A DNA stretch of 64,000 nt from Octopus sinensis (Eukaryota): NCBI RefSeq assembly GCF_006345805.1, contig NC_042997.1, positions 19,530,001-19,594,000 of the forward strand. The letters are read 5' to 3'. A model generated the notes under the pieces. The model saw only the letters and a list, made by a program, of their open reading frames with translations, was not told the DNA's origin and searched no databases. How positions within the stretch are numbered: the first letter of the stretch is position 1; every line of letters begins with the position of its first letter. The translations under genes and the position numbers were made by a program. Shown here in pieces: positions 12,430-25,146 of the stretch.

Positions 12430-14009
12430 CACTGGCCAAAATAAGTTTAAGACCGATGATGACAGTTCTATTCCTTCATTAATTTATTTTTAGTGCAACT
12501 GTATAAAATTATTTTACTTTTTACAGTTTATGTAGAATTTTTTCCTCTTTTGAATGATAGAGGTGTTGTATATCTTCCTACAATTTGAATAATTTTAATG
12601 CAAAATTAATTGAAATGATTAAAAATTGTTGGCAAAATAAGTTTAATACTGTACCAACATTATTTTATTTAAATTGAAAATTTATGGCATAAATAATCAA
12701 CAAACAAAAATTTATTATTAGTATCTAGTTCTATAACCATCAATTTCAATTATAGCCTTACAACAGTGGAACATGGTGCTCGACAGATGAGCACAAAAAT
12801 CACTTGGAATGTTCTGCCATATTTCTTCCATAAAATTAGATAATTGAGACTAATTTGTTGGTTGTTTTTAGCATGAACTCTTTTAGAAACATAATTGCAT
12901 AAATATTTTATTGCATTCAAATATGGGCTCTGTAGAGGCCACTCAATAACCACCGTGTTATTGCACTCATAATATTGCAAAATTTTCCTAGCCTTAAGAA
13001 CAAAGCAATTGTCCTGCTGGAAAATAGATCCCAGTGGCATCTGATTATTTAAATATAGCAGCACATTTTCATTTACTAATTGCAGATAATCTACACTGTT
13101 CAGTCAGCCATCAACCTTAACAACTGGACCAACACCTAAGCTGCTGAATGCAGCCCACACCATTACTCCCCACGCCCACCTTCCACTTGCACCATTTTCT
13201 TCACACACTTAGGATGGAATTCTTCTGTTGGACGGTATCTAACATAAGTCTTTCTGTCTGATCCAAAGATGCAGAAATGGGATTCGTCACTCCAAAGAAT
13301 TTTTGAACAGTTTTTGGCCATCCATTCATTATGACTTTTAGCTAACTTGATCTACTTCCGCTGGTTCATCTCAGAAATTTTCAGCTTCTTTTAAGTGATC
13401 TGGCCTTACAGTCCAAATTCTTTTAGGCAGTGTAAAGCTGTTGTCAGTTTCATCAAATACTTGCTTGCAAATGTCCACTGCTATTAGCATTCAGTTACCT
13501 TCAGAGAACCTATGAATTCGCCAATCTATTTGTACTGTTGTTTTTCTCAGAGTGCCCATTCTTTACCGATCTTTGTATTGGCTAGTGGCTTGGTAAAGCT
13601 TCCATGCTTGAACACAAATCGTTCTGCTGCATCTTAATTGCTTGCTAATGTTCATGAAGGACACATTTTGCTGATGAAGCAACATGATCTTTGATCTAGT
13701 AACTGGGCTGATATTACAATGCTTTCCATAGTAAATTAATGTGTAACAATGCTCAGTTATTAAACAAAACAGTGCAGTAAGACCAGCCATACCCATTTGG
13801 TATATTAATTTGCATAATCTTGGTTCAGTCTTAAACTGAACAATTTCTAATTATTTGAATTGTAGATAGATATATAATACCTATATCATTCGAAAGAGAG
13901 AAAAATTCTACACAAACTGTAAAAAGTAAAATGATTTTATACAGTTTTGTTATATATTAATGAAGGAATAGAACTGTCACCATCAATCTTAAACTTATTT
14001 TGGCCAGTG
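12430..14009 (-). mobile_element. Tc1-family DNA transposon, decayed DD34E transposase, long IR-DR-type TIRs
   Basis: TA-CACTGGCCAAAATAAGTTTAAGA ... TCTTAAACTTATTTTGGCCAGTG-TA; minus-strand HTH (13563-13796), SDES, FQQDN, WPLQSPYLNAIK. Confidence 0.92.
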
Positions 14010-14066
14010 TATCATACAAATAAATTATTCACACATACATCTTTCACCATTTCCTTTCTTTCAATA

Positions 14067-14796
14067 TATTGTGTCATCAAGTATGAAATTTGTTGAAAAG
14101 AAAAAAGTTTGCTAATGTTTTATAAATACAAGGAAAAGTTTTTTTCATCAGAGTATGCACCCATATGGTCAATAAACTTCTGCCATTTCAGCGGTAGCTG
14201 GTCCAACCTGGAATTGAAAAAGCCTGGCAATCTAGAGTCAATAAAATCTTGGAAGGCTTGTTTTACAGCATCGTTGGAATTAAATTTTTTTCCTATCAAA
14301 AAGTTATCCAAATTCTGGAAGAAGAGGTTGCACCAAACAACAACAATAATTCACAGGTACTTTGAGATGGATCTGACCCAACAGTGGCTTTCAGTTCGTC
14401 ATTATCCATCTTTGTTTCTGGTCGACTGCATTGCTCCTTTGTGAGGTCAAAGTTACCAGAACGAAATTTTGCAAGCCAATTTGATACTGTCTGCTGTAAT
14501 AACATTAGAATAAAATACTCCATTAATATTGCGAGCTGTCTATGATGCTGTTTTTCCAAGAAAGAACTCGTATTTCAAAACTGTACGAATTTCTGACTTA
14601 TCTATCTCTAAACAAAAATACAAAAAAATGATTTATAGGTACTTTATAAATTGCAAAATGAGTTAGAATAAAGAAATAGATGTGTCAGCTTTCTAAAAAA
14701 AAATAAAGATTGTCAAAATATAATAATGGCACAAAATGAGCAGCAGTCAAAATTTACCTATCCCTTACTACAAATTTCATATTTGACAACCTAATA
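14067..14796 (-). mobile_element. Internally deleted mariner
   Basis: Imperfect 29-bp TIRs; N-terminal TVSNWLAKFRSGNFDL joined to C-terminal DNFLIGKKFNSNDAVK..LPLKWQK. Confidence 0.85.
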
Positions 14797-14946
14797 TATA
14801 TATATGTATATCATCATCATTATCGTCAGCATCATTTTAATGCCCATTTTCGCATGATTACACTGAGTGGACGAAATTTATTGAGGCAGGTTTTTTACAA
14901 GTTTTCCTTCCGGTCACCAACCCTCACCTATTTTCAAGTACATATG

Positions 14947-15013
<67 letters not shown>

Positions 15014-15547
15014 ATACAAACATAAATGTACTTGGAAATTATATATATATATGGTTTGCTTCTTTTATAACACATCACTCAGAAGAAATCGAATGTAGCA
15101 ATATTATATATGGAGATTTATTCAGGAATGAAATTAATAAACAGAATAACAATTTATGAGGAACAGAAAATAAGATGCTCCTTCTATTTCTCATACCAAG
15201 ACATAATTAGTTCTTCTGTTCTGCAATTTATAGTTATATGTTTTAGAACCACAATGTTTCATATGCCTTTGACTATAGCAATTGCTAACTGGTACAGACT
15301 ACAGTGTAGCACAGCTTTCTACAAATTGACTGGAAGAGATCTATTATATAAAAGAGGTTCAATGGATTAATATTGTTGTAAATCAATACAATACTTATGA
15401 AGTAACTGTTCTTACATATATAGGTTGATTAATGTGGAGAACGGAGAAACCTGTCCTTTATACTTCTAAAAGCTCCTTTTATTTAAATAAATTTTTGCAT
15501 GGATTCCAAGTTTTTGAAGGTCAACTTAATAAGCTGATTTTATTGAC

Positions 15548-15825
15548 TGACATAGACACAGGCATGACTGTGTGATTATGAAGCTTGCTTTGCTGCTGTG
15601 TGGTTTATGATTCAGTCTCTCTGCATGGCATCTTGAGCATTTGTCTTCTACTAGAGCTCTGGGCCAATTAATGTCTTGTGAATGAATTTGGTGAATAGAA
15701 ACTAAGTGGAAGTCTATCATGCATGTGTGTATGTGTTTGTGCTTATCTTTGTCCCTCACATTTGACGATCGGTGTTAGTTTCGTTATGTCCCTGTAACTT
15801 ATTGGTTTAACAAAAGAAGCTAATA
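15548..15825 (+). mobile_element. Old SINE family A copy interrupted by a younger copy; 3' part resumes at about 16237
   Basis: Diverged head/core; AAGCACCAGGCTT continuation after the younger copy. Confidence 0.7.
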
Positions 15826-16236
15826 GGCGCAGGAGTGGCTGTGTGGTAAGTAGCTTGCTAACCAACCACAAGGTTCTGGGTTCAGTCCCACTGCGTGGCA
15901 TCTTGGGCAAGTGTCTTCTGCTATAGCCCCGGGCTGACCAATGCCTTGTGAGTGGATTTGGTAGACGGAAACTGAAAGAAGCCTGTCGGATATATGTGTA
16001 TATATATGTATGTGTGTCTATGTTTGTGTGTCTGTGTTTGTCCCCTAGCATTGCTTGACAACCGATGCTGGTGTGTTTACGTCCCCGTCACTTAGCGGTT
16101 CGGCAAAAGGAGACCGATAGAATAAGTACTGGGCTTACAAAGAATAAGTCCCGGGGTCGATTTGCTCGACTAAAAGGCGATGCTCCAGCATGGCCGCAGT
16201 CAAATGACTGAAACAAGTAAAAGAGTAAAAGAGAGT
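15826..16236 (+). mobile_element. SINE family A, young
   Basis: Full head-to-tail match. Confidence 0.92.
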
Positions 16237-16559
16237 AAGCACCAGGCTTAACAAGTATATACTGAAGGAGATTTTTTTTTTCAGCTAAACTTTTCGAAGC
16301 GATTCCTCATCATGGCCTCAGTTCAATGATTAAAACCTCTAACAGATAAATGATAGCAATAAACTTGTTTACCTAGTTTTATCATTATCATTTCACGTCT
16401 CTGTTCCATACTAGCATGGGTGGAACAGTACTACAAGAGCCAGCCAGGCCGAAGCCTGCACCAGACTTCTGTGAATGTCTTGGTAGGATTTTAACAGCTG
16501 GATGCCCTTCCTAACCTATGCTGCATTTGATTCCTCTTATGCCCAACTTTTCTCTCAAC

Positions 16560-16760
16560 ACAATTGTAATTTGTCGTTCATGTATATTGATGCTGCACAT
16601 CAAATGAAGCATATTGCCATCATTCCTCTCTAGTCTATGCATGTCCTCTGTATTCAGAGCTCGTGTCTCACTACCATGAAGTATAACCATTCGTAAACTG
16701 AGTTATTATATATTTTACATAGCAGCTTTTTATAATGTTGGATGCTGTACACAGACAGCA
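16560..16760 (-). mobile_element. Decayed RTE ORF fragment
   Basis: Minus strand ILHGSETRALNTEDMHRLERND. Confidence 0.6.
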
Positions 16761-16969
16761 AATATTACCTTTGGGGGATCCAGGTTTGGAACCACTGGTG
16801 CAGAACGTATCTTTCATTGAAAAGCTTTGAAATAGGTGAGTACAACTATTCTGAAGGTGTTGTGTCTTGAATGATAGTGAAAAGCAGAGAAAATTATTAT
16901 AATGAAGTTTGAAAATCATGACTGAATTGACAAAGGTGTGGCTCTTATAAACAGTTCCCCCTCCTCCTC

Positions 16970-17330
16970 ATCATCATCATCATCCTCCTCATCATCACAT
17001 AACGTCCACTTTCCATGCTGGCATGAGGTGGATGGTTTGACAGGTGCTGGCCAGGCAGAAGACCACACTTTGTTGTCTGTTTTGGCAGGGTTTTTATGGT
17101 TGGATTTGTTTCCAAATGCCAAACACTTTACAGTGAAGACTGGATGCTTTTTATGTGGCACCAACACTAGTAGAGTCATCAAGTAACTGGCAAAAGAAAG
17201 ATTCTTTGAGAGGGGATGTGGTATTGGAGGAGCTGATCATGTGCCAGATAATGAAAGGTTATAGTGTGACAGAGAGACAGAAACAGGTGTCTTGCTGTAG
17301 AGGGGGATACATGGTTACCCAATCAGAGAA
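16970..17330 (-). mobile_element. Older RTE-type 3' fragment
   Basis: (CAT)n + TTCCATGCTGGCATG...GGATG; related to 28146-28590. Confidence 0.6.
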
Positions 17331-17678
17331 AGAGAGAGAGGGAAAGAGAGAGAGAGGGAGAGGAAGAGTGATCAAGATTGAGGCCAGTAAGAAGTGTGTT
17401 GCTGTAGAAGAGATACATGGTCAACCAGTCAGAGGGATACAGCAAGAGGAAAAGATCAAGAGAAAGGGGGAGAATGGAAGACAGCAAGAGTAAAAGACAG
17501 CAGGAGAAAGATGGTGGTGAAGTACCAGGGCATGTTCACTAGGGACAAGGATCATGATATCAATAGGATAGTAGGGAAGAGCCTCAAATATTAGTTTGGT
17601 AATGAAGAGTAGAGTAAACTTTACTGAGCAAAAACCATTTTGAGATGGCTCTAACTGATTGCATTTGTTGTTCAAATA

Positions 17679-18066
17679 TAGGAGTGGCTGTATGGTAATA
17701 AGCTTGCTTTCCAATCACATGGTCTTGGGTTCAGTCCCACTGCATGGCACCTCGGGCAAGCGTCTTCTACATTAACCTCGGGCTGACCAAAGCCTTGTGA
17801 GTTGATTTAGTACACAGAAACTGAAAGAAACCTATCATAAAAAAATATATATGTATATATTTATCTACATATTTGTGGGTCTGTGTTTGTCCCCCCACCA
17901 TCACTTGTCTTATGTCCCTGTAAATTAGTGGTTCGGCAAAAGAGACCGATAGAATAAGTACTAGGCTTACAAAGTATAAGTCCTGGGGTTGATTTGGTCG
18001 ACTAAAGGCGGTGCTCCAGCATGGCCACAGTCAAATGGCTGAAACAAGTGAAAGAGAGAAAGAGAG
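17679..18066 (+). mobile_element. SINE family A
   Basis: Full-length match. Confidence 0.88.
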
Positions 18067-18504
18067 CATCCCTAATTTAAGTTGTAAAATTACATATGTT
18101 AATATATATCAATATGCATTTTGTGTTTGTGTAAAATTTACTTATTTATTCTGAAATATTTTGGACATATTTTCAAATTAATTTATCTCCAAAAGCTAAA
18201 GCATCTTCATTGCATTAAATTTTCAATTACTCTTGGACGTGCCTTCAAATTAGACTAACTATTCACCTCTATTCTAAAGGTAAAGGACTTCGATTAGCAA
18301 CAAACTTCTTCACGTTAATTGTCTTCAGCTTTCACACCTGTTTATAAAATTTCCTTATCAACTTGACTCAAAGAAAATGAAAAAAAATAACAGAACATGA
18401 ATATGTTATATAAAACTGCTCAAAAACAATTATATTTAAAGAAACCTTCTCACAAACCATGATCGTCAATACATTTAAATTCAGTGTTATTAAAAGAATG
18501 TTAA

Positions 18505-18713
18505 TCCTTTAGCATTTAAACCAGGTTACAGCAGGCTCAAATATTCCATCTGCTTTATGTTGAAACTGGTTGGATCTGGCCTTTTACACCTACACTTGAA
18601 TGTCATTCTCCTAAGAATAATGTCATCAAACAATAATATCATCAAATAATGTCATCAAAATAAATTGAATATATAAGCATTACATTTAACAGAGTAATCT
18701 AAATGCTAAGGAG
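18505..18713. mobile_element. piggyBac-type MITE
   Basis: TTAA-TCCTTTAGCATTTA ... TAAATGCTAAGGAG-TTAA. Confidence 0.7.
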
Positions 18714-19707
18714 TTAAAAGAGTTGTATATGTAGCAGTGAGGAAACAGTTAAGTAGTAAACATTGCATTAATATGACTCTGCATTTCATAAAATAAAGGT
18801 CAATGGAACACGTTTTTTCAAATTTCCAGTGTCTCAATGAATCAATGTTTTCAGTGGTAATATTTTCAAATAATTACTTTTTCTATATCTTCAGATTAGA
18901 AAATTGATACCCAAATAAAAGTTATTTCAAGAGTGCAAAAGTTACTGTTAATTAAATTGATTATCACCTGGCTGAGAAACTTATAAAAAATGCATATTTT
19001 AATAAGGGAAAGAGGCTGGAAGAAAATTGGAGCTTGGTGACTGAATTTAACTGAGGATTCAAATCAGCTATTAAAATGTAATTAAAATAATATAATTTTT
19101 AAATTATTGAAATGTTTTTGTTTTTTTATAGCAAATTAATTAAAATATATAATTTTTCCCCCAGTTTGAGAATTTGAATATTTTTTTCAAGTTTCCAACT
19201 ATATACAGCAATTTTATATTCATTGTGGCGCAGTGTTGTCTTCATTTAAAAGGAAATTTTGTCAACAGAGATTTTGCATCCGTGATAAAATCACTGTCTT
19301 AAAAATATAATTTTATTATATATTTGAAGAGCAATCATATTCAGATTTTACAAGATTCTTTTTTCGTAGAAAATTAAGTCCACATTTATTTGTTTTAGAT
19401 TACCAAAACTTCCTTCTGAATTATGTCAATGGCAATATAAGATGATATTTCTTTTGTTAGTATCTTTTTTAAGCAGAGAAGATGATTATATTTGTTTACA
19501 GTTAATTAAGTAGAGCACTCTTTACTTCTCATAGTTAGTATGTAAGAAAATACAGATGATACATGAAAAAAGAGGATATACAGAAAAATGTTTCAGAATT
19601 CAATGCATGTATGTATATATCTATAAAATTATATTACTGCTCTAATGCTTTAGAGGAAGCTTTTCTTTTTTATATTTGAACTACTGATGAGATATATATA
19701 TATATTT

Positions 19708-19841
19708 AACAAAAATTTTAATTTTGGACATAAAGTTATCTAAGGTCTTGTATCCACAAAGGCAAAGCCTTGTGGACAGCTCGTCAGATATGAAACCTTA
19801 GGTAACTCTATAACTCTATGTTCAAAATTTTAATTTCTGTT
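19708..19841. mobile_element. Head-to-head mini-element with degenerate hammerhead
   Basis: Minus: CTGACGA (19781-19787), long stem II, AAGACCTTAGATA; plus: GAAACCTTAGGTAACTCT (19792-19809); outer flanks are inverted repeats. Confidence 0.55.
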
Positions 19842-19904
19842 GTAATAATTACTACTCTCTTCTTCAGAGTGTGCTTCTCTTCTGATATATGTTTTATTAA
19901 TTAA

Positions 19905-19953
<49 letters not shown>

Positions 19954-20009
19954 GGGGGTGTAATTTACTTATGAATTTATTTATTGATACGGTTGTACAT
20001 TGGATAAAT

Positions 20010-20190
20010 GTGTTCAAAAGTTGGGGCTTCTTTGGTTTATTTATTCCCAAACAACACTTATTTTAGTGCTGTTGACACTGCCAGATTGAATGGTACTGCC
20101 CAGGTGTCAAAACCATAACGATATCCATGAAGCAGCTGATGATGGAGGTATACTGGATTGTTGGTATGGCAGTTTTTCTATATATGGATT
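20010..20190 (-). mobile_element. Decayed RTE fragment
   Basis: Minus strand F*HLGSTIQS, resembling RTE FxYLGSTI. Confidence 0.35.
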
Positions 20191-20242
20191 AGTATTATTG
20201 GATTATTTTTATGTCTGTGGAATTGTATCATAACACATCTTT

Positions 20243-20277
<35 letters not shown>

Positions 20278-20280
<3 letters not shown>

Positions 20281-20483
20281 GGTGTCCCAGAAGTCATGCA
20301 CCACCCTGGTTTTTTTAAAAGAATACATCCTTACTGATTTCAAAAACACGTTATTGAAATTAATCATGACAAATGCTCAAATTGAGCACCCTCTACAATA
20401 AAACATGCAGAAAAAAATATAATTAAATGCTTTAATTATTTAAAATGAAAACCAGAATGTTGCGCGACTTCTGGGACACCCTG
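20278..20483. mobile_element. Tc1/mariner-type MITE
   Basis: TA-CAGGGTGTCCCAGAAGTC ... GACTTCTGGGACACCCTG-TA (18-bp perfect TIR). Confidence 0.9.
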
Positions 20484-21061
20484 TATATGTGTATGTGTGT
20501 GTATATATATATATATATATATAAGTGTGTGTGCATAAAAGAAAAATAGGGATGGAAACATTCTCTTTCACTGTGTGTGTGTGTGTGTGGTCAGTAGTTC
20601 ATACATCCCAAAAATATACTCTAAAACATTAGTGCATTTATATATATGTATAAATACACACACGTGCATGTAGTTCCATGAATGCTGTCAATGTCAAAGT
20701 CGAGGTTTAAATTCTTGCCTGTTTAAAATTCATCTAATGATGATAGATTATATATTATGATGTAATATTTTATGACTATTAAATTAATAAAATTCTACCA
20801 AAACAGCAGCCAGAAATGTTAAATGCCATTTGTGTTGACTTTCTCTACCTACACCACACCATGGATCCAACTCTTAGTCAAACCTATGGTTTAAATTGGA
20901 TTTGGTATTTGCATATCCACAGTATCCTATCAAAACCCAATGCATTCAATGTTGTTTATTTCATTAAGAGTTGTATGTTATTCTACTTAACCATTTTTGG
21001 CATCCTATGAGTTGATGTGCCTTGATTTTTATGAATCCATAAAATAAAATCATATATAATC

Positions 21062-21470
21062 TTTTATCCTTTTATTCTTTTCCTTGTTTCAGTCATTTGA
21101 CTGTGGCCATGCTGGAGTACTGCCTTAAAAAGTTTTTAGTTGAAGAAATTGGCCCTAGAACTTATTCTTTGTAAGCCTAGTACTTATTCTATCGATCTCT
21201 TTTGCCAAACAGCTAAGTTACAGGAACGTAAACACATCAACATCCGTTGTCAAGAGATAGTGGGGGCAAACACTCACACACACATGTGTGTATGTGCATA
21301 AATATATACATATATATATATGTAAGGCTCCTTTCGGTTTCTGTCTACCAAATCCACTCACAAAGCTTTGGTTGGCCCAAGGTTGTAGTAAAAGATACTT
21401 ACTCAAGGTTCCACACAGTAGGACTGAACCCTGAACCATGTGGTTGAGAAGCAGTTTTATCTCACAGCCA
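21062..21470 (-). mobile_element. SINE family A (diverged)
   Basis: Family A tail, core and head recognisable. Confidence 0.85.
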
Positions 21471-22691
21471 TATATAGATATATATATATATATATATAAG
21501 TATGTAGATATATGTAAGTATGTGTATATGTATGTATTTAAGGTTGGATGTATTAGCACAAGAATCAGTGATGTGCTCTATTTGGATTTACCAAAAGCCA
21601 AAGCACTAAAGTATGCTTGAGACTGAAATGTTCAAGTCCCAGTATAATTTATAGTTTTGTAAAAGCTACAAATATGAGATTTTGTGAGACAGCAGATTCT
21701 GTCAATGATGTAGGTTTTTAAAGAATAAGAGGTTATCTTTTGTGTATGTGTGTGTGTGTGAATGTGAAATAAAAAATATATATTCTGAGAGTGTCAAACA
21801 CCATCAGATCCCTAGATGCACTCTCAATAGCAGTGAATGTTATCGCTGGAATAATACTATGTTGCCATAAATGTTTTATTTTGGCAGGGTTAGAAATATT
21901 TTTCTTTACCATTTCCATATAAATAACATACAGAAAAACCAATGTATTAATGCTATCTTATGATAATAATGTTATGACAATACCACTTCTTTCTCAAAGT
22001 CTTCTTACTGGCATTCATCTCAAATAATTCCTACTTTACCCTGTTTCTGATACTCTTTTCTAACTGACAACCACTTTAACATTCTGTCTCTTTCTCCAGA
22101 TACATTTAAAATGCTTCTCGTCTTTTATTCTCTCAGCTTCTTGTTAAATTGGTCTTTTCTTAAGCCTGCATTCAACACTGCTACTAATGGGTACATCTCA
22201 GTGGCTGACTTGCAATGTCCTCAGGGTAGCAAATTGATAGAATCCAATGTATTATGGACACAGGTCTCCTGAAAACTATACATTATAAAACTATTTACTT
22301 AAAGAATCTGCCACAGACAATTAGGTATTATCAATAAGAACAGTATTACAATTGGTCACATACTTAATGAAAATTATTGTAAAATTTTTCAATGAAGGCT
22401 GAGTTTGGCTGTAGACCATCTATTGGCTATATTCAACAAAGTGAAGGAAAACTGAAAGTATACAAGAGGTGGTGAAGACTATTCAAGGGATGTATTGATA
22501 GTTCCAAAATGGTTATAAATAAAATGTAGTCTCAAGTAGAAAATGATGTCAGTTATTGGATGATAGCAATGTGGCAAAGAAGAGGAAATACACTTTACAT
22601 TCAAGACATTGCAGAAATTGCTTTATGCAAATTATTGCCCTCTATTGACTCATTATATTCAAATGTGAATGAGAAACAGCCTGTAGGGTAT

Positions 22692-23112
22692 AAATAATAT
22701 CGAACACACATACACAAGGTATGTGTTTTTCCAGTTTGTGGTCAGGCTGCGATTATAGGCATAAGAGAATATATTTTCATTGAACTTTTTGTTACCAACC
22801 CAGCTGAAACTGGCTCTGGCCCTGTAATACAAATGCCTTGTTTTCAAAAGTTCTGAATTAAAATCTTCCACCAAACCTTAGTCACAATTTATGTTCTTAA
22901 CACTAACTTAATGATAATTAAGTTATTTTACTAAATTCTTTGTTATATTTAAAATAATTGAAAGAAACACAAAGCATCTCAAAATAAATACAGTAACGAA
23001 AGGGTTAATTCACCTGTGAATTAACGAGAATATATTCTCTTATGACTATAAGCACAGTCTTCCCACAAATGGACAAAACACATACCTTGAGTATGCGCTT
23101 TTGATATTGTTT
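22692..23112. mobile_element. Unclassified inverted-repeat element (84-bp arms) interrupted centrally
   Basis: 22692-22775 is an imperfect reverse complement of 23029-23112. Confidence 0.6.
22784..23004. mobile_element. piggyBac-type MITE (second family)
   Basis: Right end GTAACGAAAGGG-TTAA; degenerate left end TTGAACTTTTTGTTAC. Confidence 0.6.
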
Positions 23113-24447
23113 ACTCATTATAATTTCTAGTACATATGTCTATAAACTGATACTTATTTCATTTGTATATACCCACATACAAAATACATTCAAATAAGTT
23201 CATTCTATTCTTCAGATGAAAAATAAATGCTTAAATTTTAGAAAAGGTATACATTTCTGTTTCCTTAGCATGCAAGGTTGAGTAATTTTGGCATCCTATT
23301 TTCTTGCCAATCAACACACTAAAGAAATATACATGAAATAAATAAATGTGCTAAATGTGTGCATGTGCCATTGTGTGTAGTATGTGGCCATGTGTATGCA
23401 TGTGTATTTGCTTAATCCCAGATGTAAAATATATAATAAAATATTAAAGAAGTTTGATGCATTGAACTTCTTCATCTGTCATACATCAACCTAAAAAACT
23501 GTATTGAATGTTAAAGTTGTTATAACTCTTTCCAGCATAGATCATCTATTATTATCCATCATGCTGAGTTTTCTTTGAAATTCTCGTTGAAATAAGATGG
23601 GTTGTCTTTGAAATTCTCAGAAAAATATGAGCCTCTGTAAACAAGTAGAAATTCATTTGTTTCTTTCTTATTCCCAATTGGGTTAGGATAGAGGATGATA
23701 TATCGTATCTCTATAAGGAAGATTTAGTAGAAATATGATCCATTGCTAAATATCTGTTTCCTATCTCACACTACCCATGAAATGCAGCTCATCTCTATTT
23801 TGTCTCATTTTCTAAATGTGCTTTGAAAATGCTGTGATATTTTCTAGGTTGTGATTTTGGAATGAGTTATTGAGCCAGTACAGGCAACATTAGAGGAGTG
23901 CTCATTTAGCCTTATATAACTTGCTGATATACTGACTGTAGAGTCTTACTGCTAGGCAGTGCTTTTCTCATGATATATGCCTTTTATTGGGAAAAGCCTT
24001 CTGTTTCAGCAGTTATATGTTTTCTCCCTTTGTGCTATATTCCATTTCAGTATTTTCATATTGTCCTCTTAATATAATTGGCACCCCCAAATAACTGGAA
24101 GCAAGATACTGAGGCAGAGATGAAAAGTCAAGGACCTAGTTGGAGAGAAGCAGAAATGATAGCCCAGAGAAAAGTCATTGATGGTCTATGCTGCACTGGG
24201 AGTGAAGGGCTTAAATAAAATAATACATATATGCATGCATTTACACACACGCACACATACATAGAGTATTAGGGATAAATCTGACGATTTTTTATGTCTC
24301 CTTTTTACAAGAACAGCTTGATGTATTGGTAAACAGTCAACAGCATTGGAAAGCATAAAGATTAAAGTTGTAGTTGAGAGAAAGTTAACTGAAATGGAGG
24401 ACTGTATGTCATCTGAATATTGGTTTTGGTACAAGGCTAGCAATTTT

Positions 24448-24630
24448 GGGGAGTGGATAAGTCGATTACATCGACTCCAGTACGTGACTGGTACTTATCT
24501 TAGCGACCTCAAAAGGATGAAAGTCAAAGTTGACCTTGATGGAATTTGAACCCAGAATGTAAAGATTGATAAAGTGTCCCTAAACATTTTGCCCAGAATG
24601 CTAATGTTCTCGCCTGCTCACTGCCTTAAG
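24448..24630 (-). mobile_element. SINE family B (diverged)
   Basis: GTCGATTACATCGAC...AAAGGATGAAAG...GGAATTTGAAC. Confidence 0.75.
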
Positions 24631-25146
24631 CCATTTGCATTTTGGAAAAGAGTTACTTGTATCATGATGAATAGAACACTGTTACACCACTTGTAATATT
24701 GAGAATGGAATAACATTACATATCTCAATATATCACGGCTTATAATTTGATATTTGATGTTTGGTACAATTTCAGCATCAGGTTATTGTAGGACTATATT
24801 ATTTATTCACTTATGCAATCAAGTTGCATTGGAACATTTTAACACTGATCCCTAACCAAACTGCAATCTCAGAGTATATTATAATGGCAAAGATGCATTA
24901 GTGAGTAAAATACTATTGGTGGATTGATTAATCCATGAAACTGCTGGAAGGATCATAAAGCGTTTAGGGGAAATAAGGTGCAATTTGAATTTGTGCTTAG
25001 TTGTAGAACTACAGTTACTAAATTTCAATTCAGGTAAATTGTAAGTTAATGATCAGCACTGGTTAATTTAAAGAAAGTTTGTGTTTATACTTTGAAGTAA
25101 GTCTACTATGTGGAAGAAATTTGATCAATATATTAGCAAAAGTCTA

